A DNA stretch of 64,000 bases from an uncultured Comamonadaceae bacterium (GCA_965650725.1 CBFGPX010000001.1:18665-82664), one strand, 5' to 3'. Positions 10,040 to 20,018 are shown, counted from the first letter of the stretch. Notes: a model not told the origin generated them from the letters alone. Made by a program: numbers and translations.

Positions 10040-12177
10040 GGCAGCGGCAGCAGGCCTTCGGCGCGCACGGTCCAGGCGCCGTCCTTGGGGAAGCCGGGCG
10101 TGACAGCGCCCTTGGGCGCCGCGTCCCAGCCACCGGCCATCAGGCCCATGGCCATCAGGTAGGCGGCGTTGGTGGGCAGGTAGGCCACCGCACCCTCGGG
10201 GTCGCGCGGGCGGCGGCTGTAGCCGCTGGGCATGAAGCGGGCTGCGGCGCCGGTGTTGGCCAGGATGCTGACGGCGCGTTCCGGCTCGCCCAGCCGCGCC
10301 GCCGTCAGCGCGCCCTGCCCCATCTGCCAGCTGACCCAGCCGCCATCCTCACCGCGCTGCGCATGCACGGCGTGGAAGGTGCGGCGCGCGGTCTCGATGT
10401 CGATCTTGTCGGTGGCCGGCAGATAGCCCAGCGCCAGCAGCATGGACGACGGCGCGCCACGCTTGCCCGGGCCGAACAGGTTGCGGATGCCTTCGATCTC
10501 CAGGTAGCGGCCGTCCTGCTGCGGCAGCGGCGCGAGGTTCTTGATGACGTCGGCCCACTTCGCGTCGGGTGCCAAACCTTGCCGCTCTCGCCATTGCTGC
10601 GCGACCTGCAGCCCGTAGTACCAGAAGGCCACCTCGAAGGTCGGGTTGCGCACCAGCTCCACCGACGTGCTCTCGCTGACGTTCTTCAGCGGCGGGCCCA
10701 GGTGGTAGACGCCGGTGGCCGGGTCGCGGTGAGCGAAGGACGCGAGGAACTTGGCGGACTCGGCCACCAGCTCGCCGTAGCGCTGCAGCGTCTCCTTCGT
10801 CGGCTTGGCACGGTAGACCAGCTCGGCCAGGTAGATCGGGTTGGGCTGGTTCCAGATGATGTAGGGGTTGATGCCGCCGGGCGTGGGGCGGCCGTCCAGG
10901 CCCGACATCTTGGGCCAGCGCACGCCGTCGAAGCCTTCTCTCTTCGCCTGCGCGATGCCCTTGGGCAGTTGCCCCAGATACCAGGCCAGGCCCTTCTCCA
11001 GCAGGTCCACATGGCCCCATTGGTAGAACTGCGCGGCGTGGAAGACGTAGACCTCGGAGTTGTGCTTGCCGAACCAGCTCAGGTGCTGCAACCCGGTCTC
11101 GGCGGGCGGGAAGCTGCCGGCGTAGTTCACGCGCATCAGGTAGAGCGACTGGATGGTGCGGCGCTCGATCTCCTTGGCGCGCGGATCGGTGGCGGCGCTG
11201 AGGTCCACCATGCCGCCCTTCGTCCAGTAGTCGCGCCAGGCCTGCTTCGATGACGCCAGCGTGCTGTCCACCGTTTCCTTGGGCGCGGGGTGCTCGGCGT
11301 CGGCGAACGCGGCCGTGAAAGCGAGGGTGTCGCCGCGGGTCGCGCGCAGCCGGTAGTCATGCGGCGCGGCCAGCTGCGGCGTGGAGGCGCTGACCAGCTC
11401 GGCCGGCGTGGACCAGCGCAGCTCGGCGTCGTAGCGCGTGCCGTCGGCCTCGCGGGCGATGCGGGCGTGGCCGGTGGCGACCTGCGTCAGCGTGCTGCGG
11501 TGCTTCTCCGGCTGCTCCCAGATGAAGGGCGGCTTGTGGGCTATTGCACTGCGATAGGCGTAGGGGAAGCGCACGCGCACCTGCAGGTCACCGCTGGCGA
11601 TCAGCGGCGAGCGCGCCTGCACGGCCAGCACGGCGGCGCTGCCGTGGGTGGCGGTGGTGACCTCCAGCGGCTGGCCGCGCACCAGCAGCTTGCTGGTGAC
11701 GATGCCGGTCCACAGGTCCAGCGTCTGCTGGATGCCCGCGATGTCCTCGCTGCGCAGCACCTCGCCGTAGAGCATGAACTGGAACTGACCCAGCGGCATG
11801 GGCTGGGGGTTCTCGCGGTAGTAGCGGCCGGCGGGCGTGTTCTGCTGGATGGGATAGAGGATCTGCCGGCCATGGAAGGGCACGGGCGCCAGCGTGTCCT
11901 CGAAGTGCAGGCCCTCGGGGTTTGGGAAGCTGTGCCAGCTCCAGGTGTTGCGCGTCTCCAGCGGCAGGCCGTTGTCGTAGTAGATGCGCTCCAGGCTCTG
12001 CAGGCCGGTCACGTCCACGGTCACCGCAAAGTCGCCGTTGCCAACGGTCAGCGCGGACTCGGGGTTGATCCCGGTGTTGCGCACCGCGTGGCGGGCGACG
12101 ACGGCGGCGCGGTCTATGGGTTGGGCGAGTGCGGGCAATGCCACGCACGCGGCCAGCAGGAAGGAAAGCAGCTTCAA
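10036..12177 (-). CDS. secreted six-hairpin glycosidase-like protein of unknown specificity (GH65/GH95-like fold)
   Basis: TTG start with GAGG RBS gives signal peptide MKLLSFLLAACVALPALAQ; LTVGNGDFAVTVDVTGLQ; GVRWPKM; helical C-terminal half. Confidence 0.65.
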   Translation of the reverse strand: MKLLSFLLAACVALPALAQPIDRAAVVARHAVRNTGINPESALTVGNGDFAVTVDVTGLQSLERIYYDNGLPLETRNTWSWHSFPNPEGLHFEDTLAPVPFHGRQILYPIQQNTPAGRYYRENPQPMPLGQFQFMLYGEVLRSEDIAGIQQTLDLWTGIVTSKLLVRGQPLEVTTATHGSAAVLAVQARSPLIASGDLQVRVRFPYAYRSAIAHKPPFIWEQPEKHRSTLTQVATGHARIAREADGTRYDAELRWSTPAELVSASTPQLAAPHDYRLRATRGDTLAFTAAFADAEHPAPKETVDSTLASSKQAWRDYWTKGGMVDLSAATDPRAKEIERRTIQSLYLMRVNYAGSFPPAETGLQHLSWFGKHNSEVYVFHAAQFYQWGHVDLLEKGLAWYLGQLPKGIAQAKREGFDGVRWPKMSGLDGRPTPGGINPYIIWNQPNPIYLAELVYRAKPTKETLQRYGELVAESAKFLASFAHRDPATGVYHLGPPLKNVSESTSVELVRNPTFEVAFWYYGLQVAQQWRERQGLAPDAKWADVIKNLAPLPQQDGRYLEIEGIRNLFGPGKRGAPSSMLLALGYLPATDKIDIETARRTFHAVHAQRGEDGGWVSWQMGQGALTAARLGEPERAVSILANTGAAARFMPSGYSRRPRDPEGAVAYLPTNAAYLMAMGLMAGGWDAAPKGAVTPGFPKDGAWTVRAEGLLPLP

Positions 12178-12187
12178 AACGGCGACC

Positions 12188-15100
12188 TCAGTTGCGGGAA
12201 CGATCAGCTTGGCCACGGTCGAGCGTCAGGCTCATCAGACCGATCACCACGTCATTGCTCAGGGTGCGCAGCGTCAGGCGCGCGAGGGGCTTGCCCGGGT
12301 CGAGCGGCAGGTCGACCACGGTGGCGGCGCCGCCAGGCACCGCGCGGCCGGTGGGCTGCAGGCGCACCAGGCCGGTCTTCAGGTCCACGCGCGGCGGCAC
12401 GGGGCCGAAGCGGTGGAACTGGTAGTCATCGATGAAGTAGTCCTGCTCAATGGGCCACCAGGTGGTGGGATTGTGCAGGGCCAGCCAGGCACGGCTGCCG
12501 TCGGCGTACTCGACGATGACCTCGCCGTTGTCGATGCGGCTTTGCATGAAGTTGGTGGTGCCGGCCATCAGCAGGTAGGCGTGGCGGGCCTGGCCGGTCA
12601 GCGGGATGCTGATCTCCTTCGGGTAGTTGTCCCAGCGGGAGGTGAAGACGATGTTGCGGGCCTCGGGTACGCCCGGCGTGGCGAAGGGCAGGCCATTGGG
12701 CAGCTTGAGTAGGCCCTGCTGCTCGGCAGCCACGCGGCGCAGGCCGCTGTCGTCGAGGGCGGGCAGCTCGTTCACATGGCCAGCCCAGGCACCGGCGCCT
12801 TGGGAGGGCAGCGTCAGCGACACACCGCTCGGTCGTGGCGTCAGGTATTTACCGAGCTTGAAGAGATCGGTGACGCGGTCGTTGAAGTGGAGATCCAGCG
12901 CGATGGGGTCGAAGACGGCGTCCGCCACGGGCGTTGTCCAGTCCAAGGTCCTGGGCTGCCATGGCGTGGGAAGGCGAAGCCCAAACTTCGGCCACGGTGC
13001 CTTGCGCCAATGCACGACGACCTCGGCACGCGCCTCCCAGGGTTGCTCGACGAGCACCACGAGAGCCTCAGGATCAGGCTTCCATTCGACGGGCCGGCCG
13101 TTCCACGTCACCGACTCGATGGCACGGCCCCAGGCCGGGAACTTCATGCGCAGTTGCTTGAAACGCGAGCCGGGCTGCGTGATCTGCCACCGCTCGCGCA
13201 TCCCTTCGCGCTTGAAAGCCACGCCCACACCGGGGTGCTGCAGCTCGGCCTCGTTCCACTTGTCGGGAAAGCCGGGCTGCACGGTCATCACACCAGCCAG
13301 CGCATCGGGCTTCACGCCAAACAGCCCCTCCACCAATGCGCGCGCCGTCACGCCGGTGCCGTCGGCAAAGTCGCGCTGCGACTCGCGGCGGTAGTGGTCC
13401 AGGTAGTTCATGGAGCCCACGTTGCCCGGCGTGATGCCCATGTTCATGCTGGCCATCAGCGCGCTCTTGGCCAGGATGAACGCGGACTCGGAGTAGCTGG
13501 CCTGCCACATCGCCAAGGCCGTGTGCAGGTTCTCGCCCATCACGACGTTGTTGACCGACCAGGCATAAGGCATCCAGTCCGTGCTGGGCAGCACGTGATA
13601 CGCCAAATCCTTGGGCACGCCTGGGCCGTGCACAGGAATCTGTTTGAAGGAGCTGAACACGTCCCGCGCCATCTGCATGGCCTCCTGAGAAGTGGGCACT
13701 TCAGAGTCGATGGCGTGATAGAAGCTCCACAGCCCGTAGCTTGTGTGTAGTCGCTGCAGACCCAGGCTGTCGCGGTACTCGCCGAAGGCGCCGCGATACG
13801 GCATCCACAAGTGTTTGCGCATGCCTTGCGCGATCAGGTCCGCCTCGCGCTGGTAGGCACTGCCGTCCTCGCCCAGCAGCTTTGCCAAGCGCGCCGCACT
13901 GCGGAAGGCGTAGACGTTGTAGGCCGACGCATGCGTGACGCCGCCGCCGCCGTAGTAGATGTCGTCGCTGGCCCAGAAATTGGCATAGCCCTCGTACAGC
14001 GGCAGGCCGCCGAAGTCGCGGCGGAACAGGCGTTGCTCCCAGGCCAGGTGGCGCTGGATGGCGGGCCACGCGCGGCGGGCGAGCTCCAGGTCGCCGGTCC
14101 ACAGCAGGTGGCGGAACAGGGCGTCGAAGAACACCATGTTCATGTCGTAGTGCGAGGCGGTCAGGTTGCCGTTGGAGTGCAAGGCCGTCCTGCTGCGCGC
14201 GAGGTTCGTGTCCGCGTCGGGTGGCGGCAGCTGCGCGGGAATGGGCGACGTGTTCTGCCGCGCCAGCCAAGTCTCGATGTTCTGCTTCGCGCGGTCGTGC
14301 CAGCCGAGGGCATCGAGCGCATAGGCGCCGCGCCAACCCAGCAGCGGCACGCGCCAGGCGACGGCGCCGTGCAGGATGGCCTTGGCGTCGTCGTCCCACA
14401 GCGCATCACCCACCACGTTGATCGCGCCGACGGCGGCGTTCAGCCACGGGTCGGGCGTGGTGATGCGGATCTGCTGGCGCAAGGCCTTGAAGTGGGCCCG
14501 CTCCCGGGCAAACAGCGTGGGCAGCTCGGCCGCCGTGAAGCGCGGCACCAACGGCGTGCCGCGCGTGGCGGGGCGGGGCGCGCCGACGGCGGCATAGGTC
14601 TGCGCGGCGGCGCTGGCTTGCGAGCGGGCGGCGTCGGCCAGGCGTTGCAGCGCGAGCCAGGCCGGCTTGCGCTCGCGCAGGGCGACGCGGCCGACGGTGA
14701 TGGCCACGTCAGGTGTTGCGCCGGACGCTGCGAGCAGCGCGGGCAGCGAGTCCCAGTCGCTCGCCGCGGCCAGATGCTGCTGCGCGCCCACAGGCACCAC
14801 ACCGGCGATGAGCGCCGCCGGCGCGGCCAGCACGAAGCCGTCGCTGCCCAGCACCAGCCGGTTGCCCGCCGCGAACTGCGGCTGGAACTGGAAGTAGCGG
14901 CTGATCGGCACGGACTCGGTGCCGATGTCGCCATCGCGCCGGCCCCGCTGGCCGGTGACGCCACCATAGGTCCACACCAGCTCGGCGCCTTCCGGCAGGC
15001 CGCGCCCCTCGGCGCGGATCACCAGGCCTTCGGTAGTCGTCGTGGCGAGCGCGACGACGGCCAGGCTGCCCTCGCCGAGCAGCGGGTCGCGGATGTCGTA

Positions 15101-15466
15101 GTGCAGCTCGCCCGGGCGGTAGCGCGTCGTGACGGACTCGGCCTCGTGCAGCCAGCGACTGCCGGCGGGCGTTCGCAGTGCCAGCCGCAGGTTGCCGCCA
15201 CGACCGGGCAGGTAGAGGATGAACTCCGGCTTGTCGCCACCGTCGACACGGAAGCCCGTGCGGCCACCGTACAGCGGACGGTTGAAGAACTCGGTGCCGT
15301 TGTGGATGACGAAGTCTTCGCCCTCCGGCGTGTAGCGCAGTGGCTGGGCCGTCTGGCCCTGCAGATTGATGCGCGTCTGCTGCGGGCCGGAGATGGCCTG
15401 CGCGGCGACCGGCCACGGCAGCGCCAGCACGGCCACGACCACACCTTCGAAAAACCAGCTGCGCAT
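12188..15466 (-). CDS. secreted DUF4450-type six-hairpin glycosidase-like protein
   Basis: Signal peptide; N-terminus PLRYTPEGEDFVIHNG..FNRPLYGG..FRVDGGDKPEF resembles DUF4450; HGAVAWRVPLLGWRG and FWASD in a predicted (alpha/alpha)6 region. Confidence 0.7.
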   Translation of the reverse strand: MRSWFFEGVVVAVLALPWPVAAQAISGPQQTRINLQGQTAQPLRYTPEGEDFVIHNGTEFFNRPLYGGRTGFRVDGGDKPEFILYLPGRGGNLRLALRTPAGSRWLHEAESVTTRYRPGELHYDIRDPLLGEGSLAVVALATTTTEGLVIRAEGRGLPEGAELVWTYGGVTGQRGRRDGDIGTESVPISRYFQFQPQFAAGNRLVLGSDGFVLAAPAALIAGVVPVGAQQHLAAASDWDSLPALLAASGATPDVAITVGRVALRERKPAWLALQRLADAARSQASAAAQTYAAVGAPRPATRGTPLVPRFTAAELPTLFARERAHFKALRQQIRITTPDPWLNAAVGAINVVGDALWDDDAKAILHGAVAWRVPLLGWRGAYALDALGWHDRAKQNIETWLARQNTSPIPAQLPPPDADTNLARSRTALHSNGNLTASHYDMNMVFFDALFRHLLWTGDLELARRAWPAIQRHLAWEQRLFRRDFGGLPLYEGYANFWASDDIYYGGGGVTHASAYNVYAFRSAARLAKLLGEDGSAYQREADLIAQGMRKHLWMPYRGAFGEYRDSLGLQRLHTSYGLWSFYHAIDSEVPTSQEAMQMARDVFSSFKQIPVHGPGVPKDLAYHVLPSTDWMPYAWSVNNVVMGENLHTALAMWQASYSESAFILAKSALMASMNMGITPGNVGSMNYLDHYRRESQRDFADGTGVTARALVEGLFGVKPDALAGVMTVQPGFPDKWNEAELQHPGVGVAFKREGMRERWQITQPGSRFKQLRMKFPAWGRAIESVTWNGRPVEWKPDPEALVVLVEQPWEARAEVVVHWRKAPWPKFGLRLPTPWQPRTLDWTTPVADAVFDPIALDLHFNDRVTDLFKLGKYLTPRPSGVSLTLPSQGAGAWAGHVNELPALDDSGLRRVAAEQQGLLKLPNGLPFATPGVPEARNIVFTSRWDNYPKEISIPLTGQARHAYLLMAGTTNFMQSRIDNGEVIVEYADGSRAWLALHNPTTWWPIEQDYFIDDYQFHRFGPVPPRVDLKTGLVRLQPTGRAVPGGAATVVDLPLDPGKPLARLTLRTLSNDVVIGLMSLTLDRGQADRSRN

Positions 15467-15542
15467 CCCTTGCCCTCGCCCGGCGCGGAGCCGGAGCACG
15501 GCGAGTCGTCCCGGGCGCGCAGGGCCGGGGACGACAGGCGAT

Positions 15543-16463
15543 TCAATCGTCGTTGAACAGCGGCTCGGCCAGGTAGAGGCCGGCGGCTACGGTCATGCCG
15601 AACAGGCTGCCGGACTGTGGCATGGCCATCAGCTCGGCGCTGCTGAGGCCCACGCGGGCGGTCGTCACGGTGATCTGGTCGCCGTTGGCGCCGCCGAAGG
15701 CGGGGCAGGTGATGTCGCGCACCGGCACGCTGTAGCGGGCAAGCAGCCGGCCGTCGGCGCCGTAGCGCGCCACGGCGCCGTTGCCCCATTCGGCGTTCCA
15801 CAGGCAGCCCTGGGCGTCGATGGTGGAGCCGTCGGGCTCGGCGGCCTCGACGTCCTTCTTCACGAACAGCCGCGGCTCGCTGACGCGGGCGCTGGCCGAG
15901 TCGTAGTCGCACACCATGATGCGGCGCGTGGGCGAGTCGCAGTAGTACATGCGCCGGCCGTTGGGGCTGAAGCAGATGCTGTTGGCGATGGCCACGCCGT
16001 CCAGCGGCAGGCGGCGCAGGCCGCGCGCCGCCGAGTACTGGTAGAAGCCGGCTATGGTCTGGCGCGGCTCGGCCTCGTCCAGCGTGCCGAAGACCAGCGC
16101 ACCGCTGCGGTCGCAGCGGCCGTCGTTGGAACGGGTACTGGGCAGGTGGGCCTCGATCAGCGTGATCTCTTGCGGCTGCGCATCGATGACGCCGGTGGCC
16201 CGCAGGTCGGGCAGCGTCAACCAGGCCAGGCGCTTGGCCATGGCCAGCAACAGCCGGCCGGAGCGGGTGTGCACGAAGCAGCCGACGCGCTCGGGCAGGC
16301 GCACCTGCAGCGTGGCGCTCGCGCCAGGCGTCCAGGCATGGATGCAGCTGCCGGCGATGTCGGTCCACCACCAGCGGCCCGAAGGTGCATGCCATTGCAG
16401 GCCTTCGCCGAGGCTGTTGGCCTGGGCGAGAACGAGGGAGAAGGGGTGTTCAGCTTTGCTCAT
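15543..16463 (-). CDS. SMP-30/gluconolactonase family lactonase (putative L-arabinolactonase)
   Basis: LGEG, RSNDGRCD, IANSICFSP and PDGSTID metal-ligand motifs; sugar-acid pathway context. Confidence 0.88.
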   Translation of the reverse strand: MSKAEHPFSLVLAQANSLGEGLQWHAPSGRWWWTDIAGSCIHAWTPGASATLQVRLPERVGCFVHTRSGRLLLAMAKRLAWLTLPDLRATGVIDAQPQEITLIEAHLPSTRSNDGRCDRSGALVFGTLDEAEPRQTIAGFYQYSAARGLRRLPLDGVAIANSICFSPNGRRMYYCDSPTRRIMVCDYDSASARVSEPRLFVKKDVEAAEPDGSTIDAQGCLWNAEWGNGAVARYGADGRLLARYSVPVRDITCPAFGGANGDQITVTTARVGLSSAELMAMPQSGSLFGMTVAAGLYLAEPLFNDD

Positions 16464-16935
16464 CGGGGCTGGCTTGGGCGCTGGATTCCAGGGCGGCGCG
16501 GGCCTGCTTGCGCCGGATGGCGCTGGCATGGCGTTGGCGCTCTTCGGGCGTGAAGGGACGCAGCGGCGGCACGGGCACGGGCTTGTTGTCGTCGCCCACC
16601 GCCACCATCGTGAAGTAGCAGCTGTTGACGTGCCGCGACTCCTGCGTGCGGATGTTCTCGGCGACGACCTTGATGCCCACTTCCATCGACGAGGTGCCGG
16701 TGTGGTTGACGCTGGCCAGGAAGGTCACCAGTTCGCCCACGTGGATGGGCTGGCGGAAGATGACGCGGTCCACCGACAACGTGACGACGTAGCGGCCGGC
16801 ATAGCGGCTGGCGCAGGCGTAGGCCACCTGGTCCAGCAGCTTGAGGATGTTGCCGCCATGGACGTTGCCGGAGAAGTTGGCGGTGTCCGGCGTCATCAAC
16901 ACCGTCATCGTCAGTTGGTGGGCGGGCAGGTCCAT
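16450..16935 (-). CDS. acyl-CoA thioesterase (hotdog fold, YciA-like)
   Basis: ANFSGNVHGGNILKLLD, GTSSMEVG. Confidence 0.9.
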   Translation of the reverse strand: MDLPAHQLTMTVLMTPDTANFSGNVHGGNILKLLDQVAYACASRYAGRYVVTLSVDRVIFRQPIHVGELVTFLASVNHTGTSSMEVGIKVVAENIRTQESRHVNSCYFTMVAVGDDNKPVPVPPLRPFTPEERQRHASAIRRKQARAALESSAQASPDEQS

Positions 16936-16953
16936 GGCGACGGCTTCAGCGGT

Positions 16954-18018
16954 TCAGGAGAAGCGGTGGATTGTCGTGCTGCGGAACACCTCGCCCGGCC
17001 TCAGCACGGTGCTGGGCCAGTCGGCGCTGGCTTCGTGGTGCGGCGAGTCGGGGTTGTGCTGGGTCTCCAGGCACAGGCCGTCGCCCTGGCGGTAGATGCG
17101 GCCATCGGGGCCCGCGAGGCTGCCGTCCAGGAAGTTGCCGGAGTAGAACTGGATGGCGGGCTCACTGGTCAGCACGTCCATGCGGCGGCCGGAGTGCGGG
17201 TCCTCCAGCGTGGCGGCGGGGCGCAGGCCGTCGGCGTTCAATTCGCTGTCCAGCAGCCAGTTGTGGTCGTAGCCCTTGGCGAGCAGCAGCTGCGGGTGGG
17301 CCTGGCGGATGCGGGCCGCGATGGGCGTGGGCCGGCGGAAGTCGAAAGGCGTGCCATCGACAGCGGCGTGCCGCAACGGGATCAGGTGCTCATCCACCTC
17401 GCTGTAGCGCGAGGCCGGCAGGGTGAGGTGGTGGTCCAGCACGCTGCCTGCGCCGGCTAGGTTGAAGTAATCGTGGTGCGTGAGGTTGACGACGGTGGCG
17501 CGGTCGGTGGTGGCCTCGTAGTCCACGCGCCAGCCGTTGTCGGTGGCGCTGACCGAGTAGCGCACGCGGACGCTCATCTCGCCGGGGAAGCCCTGGTCGC
17601 CATGCGGGCTGGTCAGGCTGAAACGCAGTGCCTGGGCCTCGCCGGGCCGGGGCGTGTCGGGTTCGGCCGCCCACAGCCGGTGGCCGAAGCCCTCGGTGCC
17701 GCCGTGCAGGCAGTTGGGGCCGTCGTTGCGGGCCAGCGCGTGGGTCTCGCCATCCAGCGCGAAGCTCGCGCCGGCGATGCGGTTGCCGTAGCGGCCCACG
17801 ATGATGCCGAACGAAGGGTTGCGGTGGACGTAGTCGTCCAGGTTGTCGAAGCCCAGCACGACATTGCCGCTGCGACCCTGGGCATCCGGCAGCCACAGGC
17901 CCGTGACGATGCCGCCCAGCGTGATGGCGGTGAGCTTCAGGCCCAGGCCGTTGGAGAGGGTGTATTCATGCACCACCCGCCCGTCGGGCAGGTGGCCGTA
18001 GTCGCGGCATTCAATCAT
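16954..18018 (-). CDS. galM: aldose 1-epimerase (galactose mutarotase)
   Basis: GRYGNRI, LHGG, NLTHHDYFNL, GYDHN, CLETQ. Confidence 0.92.
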   Translation of the reverse strand: MIECRDYGHLPDGRVVHEYTLSNGLGLKLTAITLGGIVTGLWLPDAQGRSGNVVLGFDNLDDYVHRNPSFGIIVGRYGNRIAGASFALDGETHALARNDGPNCLHGGTEGFGHRLWAAEPDTPRPGEAQALRFSLTSPHGDQGFPGEMSVRVRYSVSATDNGWRVDYEATTDRATVVNLTHHDYFNLAGAGSVLDHHLTLPASRYSEVDEHLIPLRHAAVDGTPFDFRRPTPIAARIRQAHPQLLLAKGYDHNWLLDSELNADGLRPAATLEDPHSGRRMDVLTSEPAIQFYSGNFLDGSLAGPDGRIYRQGDGLCLETQHNPDSPHHEASADWPSTVLRPGEVFRSTTIHRFS

Positions 18019-18091
18019 TGGTGAACCCTTCGGCCTGCGGCCTGTCCCGCCAAGCGGGAGCGAGCTTGCTTGGGATGGCCCGGCGCAGCGC

Positions 18092-18859
18092 TCATGCCCA
18101 GCCTCCATCAACGACGAAGTCTTGCGCAGTGCACATCGCGGAGTCGTCCGCCGCCAGGAACAGCGCCATCGCCGCGATGTGCTGCGGCATCAGCGGCTCA
18201 TTGATGCACTGGCCCTTGGCAATCTCCTGCTTGGTCTCCTCGGTGACCCAGAGCTTGAGCTGCTTCTCGGTCATGACCCAGCCCGGCACCAGCGTGTTGA
18301 CGCGGATCCTGTGCGGCCCGAAGTCGCGCGCCAGGCAGCGCGTCAGGCCCTGCACGGCCGCCTTGCTGGCCGTGTAGGCCGGCATGCCGCCCTGCTTCAG
18401 CATCCAGCTGATGGAGCCGAAGTTGACGATGCTGCCGCCGCCCGCCGCCTTCATGTCGGACAGCACGGCCTGGGCCGCGAAGAACTGGTGCTTGATGTTG
18501 ACGGCCACACTCGCGTCCCAGAACTCGGGCGTGGTGTCCTCGACGGCGTGGCGCTTGTCGTTGGCGGCGTTGTTCAGCAGCGCCGTGAACGGGCCGACGC
18601 GCTCGCGCAGCGTCGCAATGGACAGGCGCATCGCCGCCACGTTGCTCAGGTCAGCCGCCATGAACTGCGGCGCGTGGCGCGACCTGCCGGCCAGGCGGGC
18701 GGCCAGCGCCTCGCCCTCGGCAGCGGCCAGGTCGATGAAGGCCACCCGGGCACCCTGTTCGGCGAAGGCTTCGACCAGCGTTTCGCCGATGCCGGTGGCC
18801 CCGCCGGTGATCAGGACGCCCCGGTCCTGCAGGCTGGGATAGCGCGCGTAGGCACTCAT
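18092..18859 (-). CDS. SDR family pentose dehydrogenase (XylB-like; putative L-arabinose/D-xylose 1-dehydrogenase)
   Basis: YPSL..., TGGATGIG, NNAANDKRH, YTASK, VNTLVPGW; closely resembles Caulobacter XylB-type enzymes. Confidence 0.8.
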   Translation of the reverse strand: MSAYARYPSLQDRGVLITGGATGIGETLVEAFAEQGARVAFIDLAAAEGEALAARLAGRSRHAPQFMAADLSNVAAMRLSIATLRERVGPFTALLNNAANDKRHAVEDTTPEFWDASVAVNIKHQFFAAQAVLSDMKAAGGGSIVNFGSISWMLKQGGMPAYTASKAAVQGLTRCLARDFGPHRIRVNTLVPGWVMTEKQLKLWVTEETKQEIAKGQCINEPLMPQHIAAMALFLAADDSAMCTAQDFVVDGGWA

Positions 18860-18917
18860 GCAACTGTCTCCTGGATGCTGCCTCCCGACTTCTACGGCCG
18901 GGCGATGCCAGGATTAT

Positions 18918-18993
18918 TAGTCATACTTTTTTGTTTGCAAAGTTAGCAATTTGCGGGTTAACCCCAATCAACTTGCATAAATAGTCATACTTT
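18918..18993. promoter_or_regulatory. paired candidate FadR-type operators in an AT-rich divergent promoter
   Basis: TAGTCATACTTT occurs at 18918-18929 and 18982-18993; core AGT-CAT-ACT fits the FadR-subfamily GT-N3-AC consensus. Confidence 0.6.
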
Positions 18994-19079
18994 AATGACG
19001 ACATGCCGGCGCCCACAGCTGGCCGTGTGCCGGCATGTCGGCGCTTGATCCAACTTCCCCAGAGACAAGGGACCGCACC

Positions 19080-20018
19080 ATGAGCGCCTCCGCCACCCGC
19101 CCTGGACGACCGTACCGCGGCGTCTTCCCGGTCGTTCCGACCATCTTCAACGCCGACGGTTCGCTGGACTTGCCCGGCCAGCTGCGCTGCGTCGACTTCA
19201 TGATCGACGCCGGCTCCAACGGCCTGTGCATCCTGGCGAACTTCTCCGAGCAGTTCGTGCTGTCGGACGCCGAGCGCGAGACGCTGACCCGCGCCATCCT
19301 CGGCCACGTGGCCGGCCGCGTACCGGTCATCGTCACGACGACGCACTACTCGACGCAGATCTGCATCGAGCGCAGCCAGCTGGCGCAGCAGCTTGGCGCG
19401 GCCATGGTCATGGTCATGCCGCCGTACCACGGCGCCACGTTCCGCGTGTCGGAAGGCCAGATCGAGAGCTTCTACCAGCGCCTGTCCGACGGCATCAACA
19501 TCCCCATCATGATCCAGGATGCCCCGGTGGCCGGCACGCCGCTGTCGGTGCCGCTGCTGGCGCGCATGGCGACCAACATCGCCAACGTGAAGTACTTCAA
19601 GCTGGAGATGCCCCAGGCCGCCAGCAAGATGCGCGAGCTGATCCGCGTCGGCGGCGCCGCCATCGAAGGCCCGTGGGACGGCGAGGAAGCCATCACGCTG
19701 CTGGCCGACCTGGACGCCGGCGCCACCGGCGCGATGACCGGCGGCGCCTTCCCCGACGGCATCCGCAAGATCTTCGACGCCTTCCACGCCGGCGATCGCG
19801 AGACCGCCGTGGCGGAGTACGGCCGCTGGCTGCCGCTGATCAACTACGAGAACCGCCAGGGCGGCATCCTGACCGCCAAGGCGCTGATGAAGGAAGGCGG
19901 CGTCATCAAGAGCGACGCACCGCGCCACCCCTTCCCCGAGATGAGCCCCGAAGTGCGCGCCGGCCTGCTGGACGCGGCCAAGCGACTCGATCCCCTGGTC
20001 CTGCGCTGGGGCAAGTGA
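19080..20018 (+). CDS. L-2-keto-3-deoxyarabonate dehydratase (DHDPS family)
   Basis: RGVFPVVPT, LCILANFSEQF, MPPYHGATFRV and GPWDGEEAITLLADL closely match the Azospirillum L-KDA dehydratase. Confidence 0.92.
   Translation: MSASATRPGRPYRGVFPVVPTIFNADGSLDLPGQLRCVDFMIDAGSNGLCILANFSEQFVLSDAERETLTRAILGHVAGRVPVIVTTTHYSTQICIERSQLAQQLGAAMVMVMPPYHGATFRVSEGQIESFYQRLSDGINIPIMIQDAPVAGTPLSVPLLARMATNIANVKYFKLEMPQAASKMRELIRVGGAAIEGPWDGEEAITLLADLDAGATGAMTGGAFPDGIRKIFDAFHAGDRETAVAEYGRWLPLINYENRQGGILTAKALMKEGGVIKSDAPRHPFPEMSPEVRAGLLDAAKRLDPLVLRWGK

Noticed and set aside
19080-20018. dapA (dihydrodipicolinate synthase)
   Set aside because: Lacks the GTTGE motif and matches L-KDA dehydratase instead
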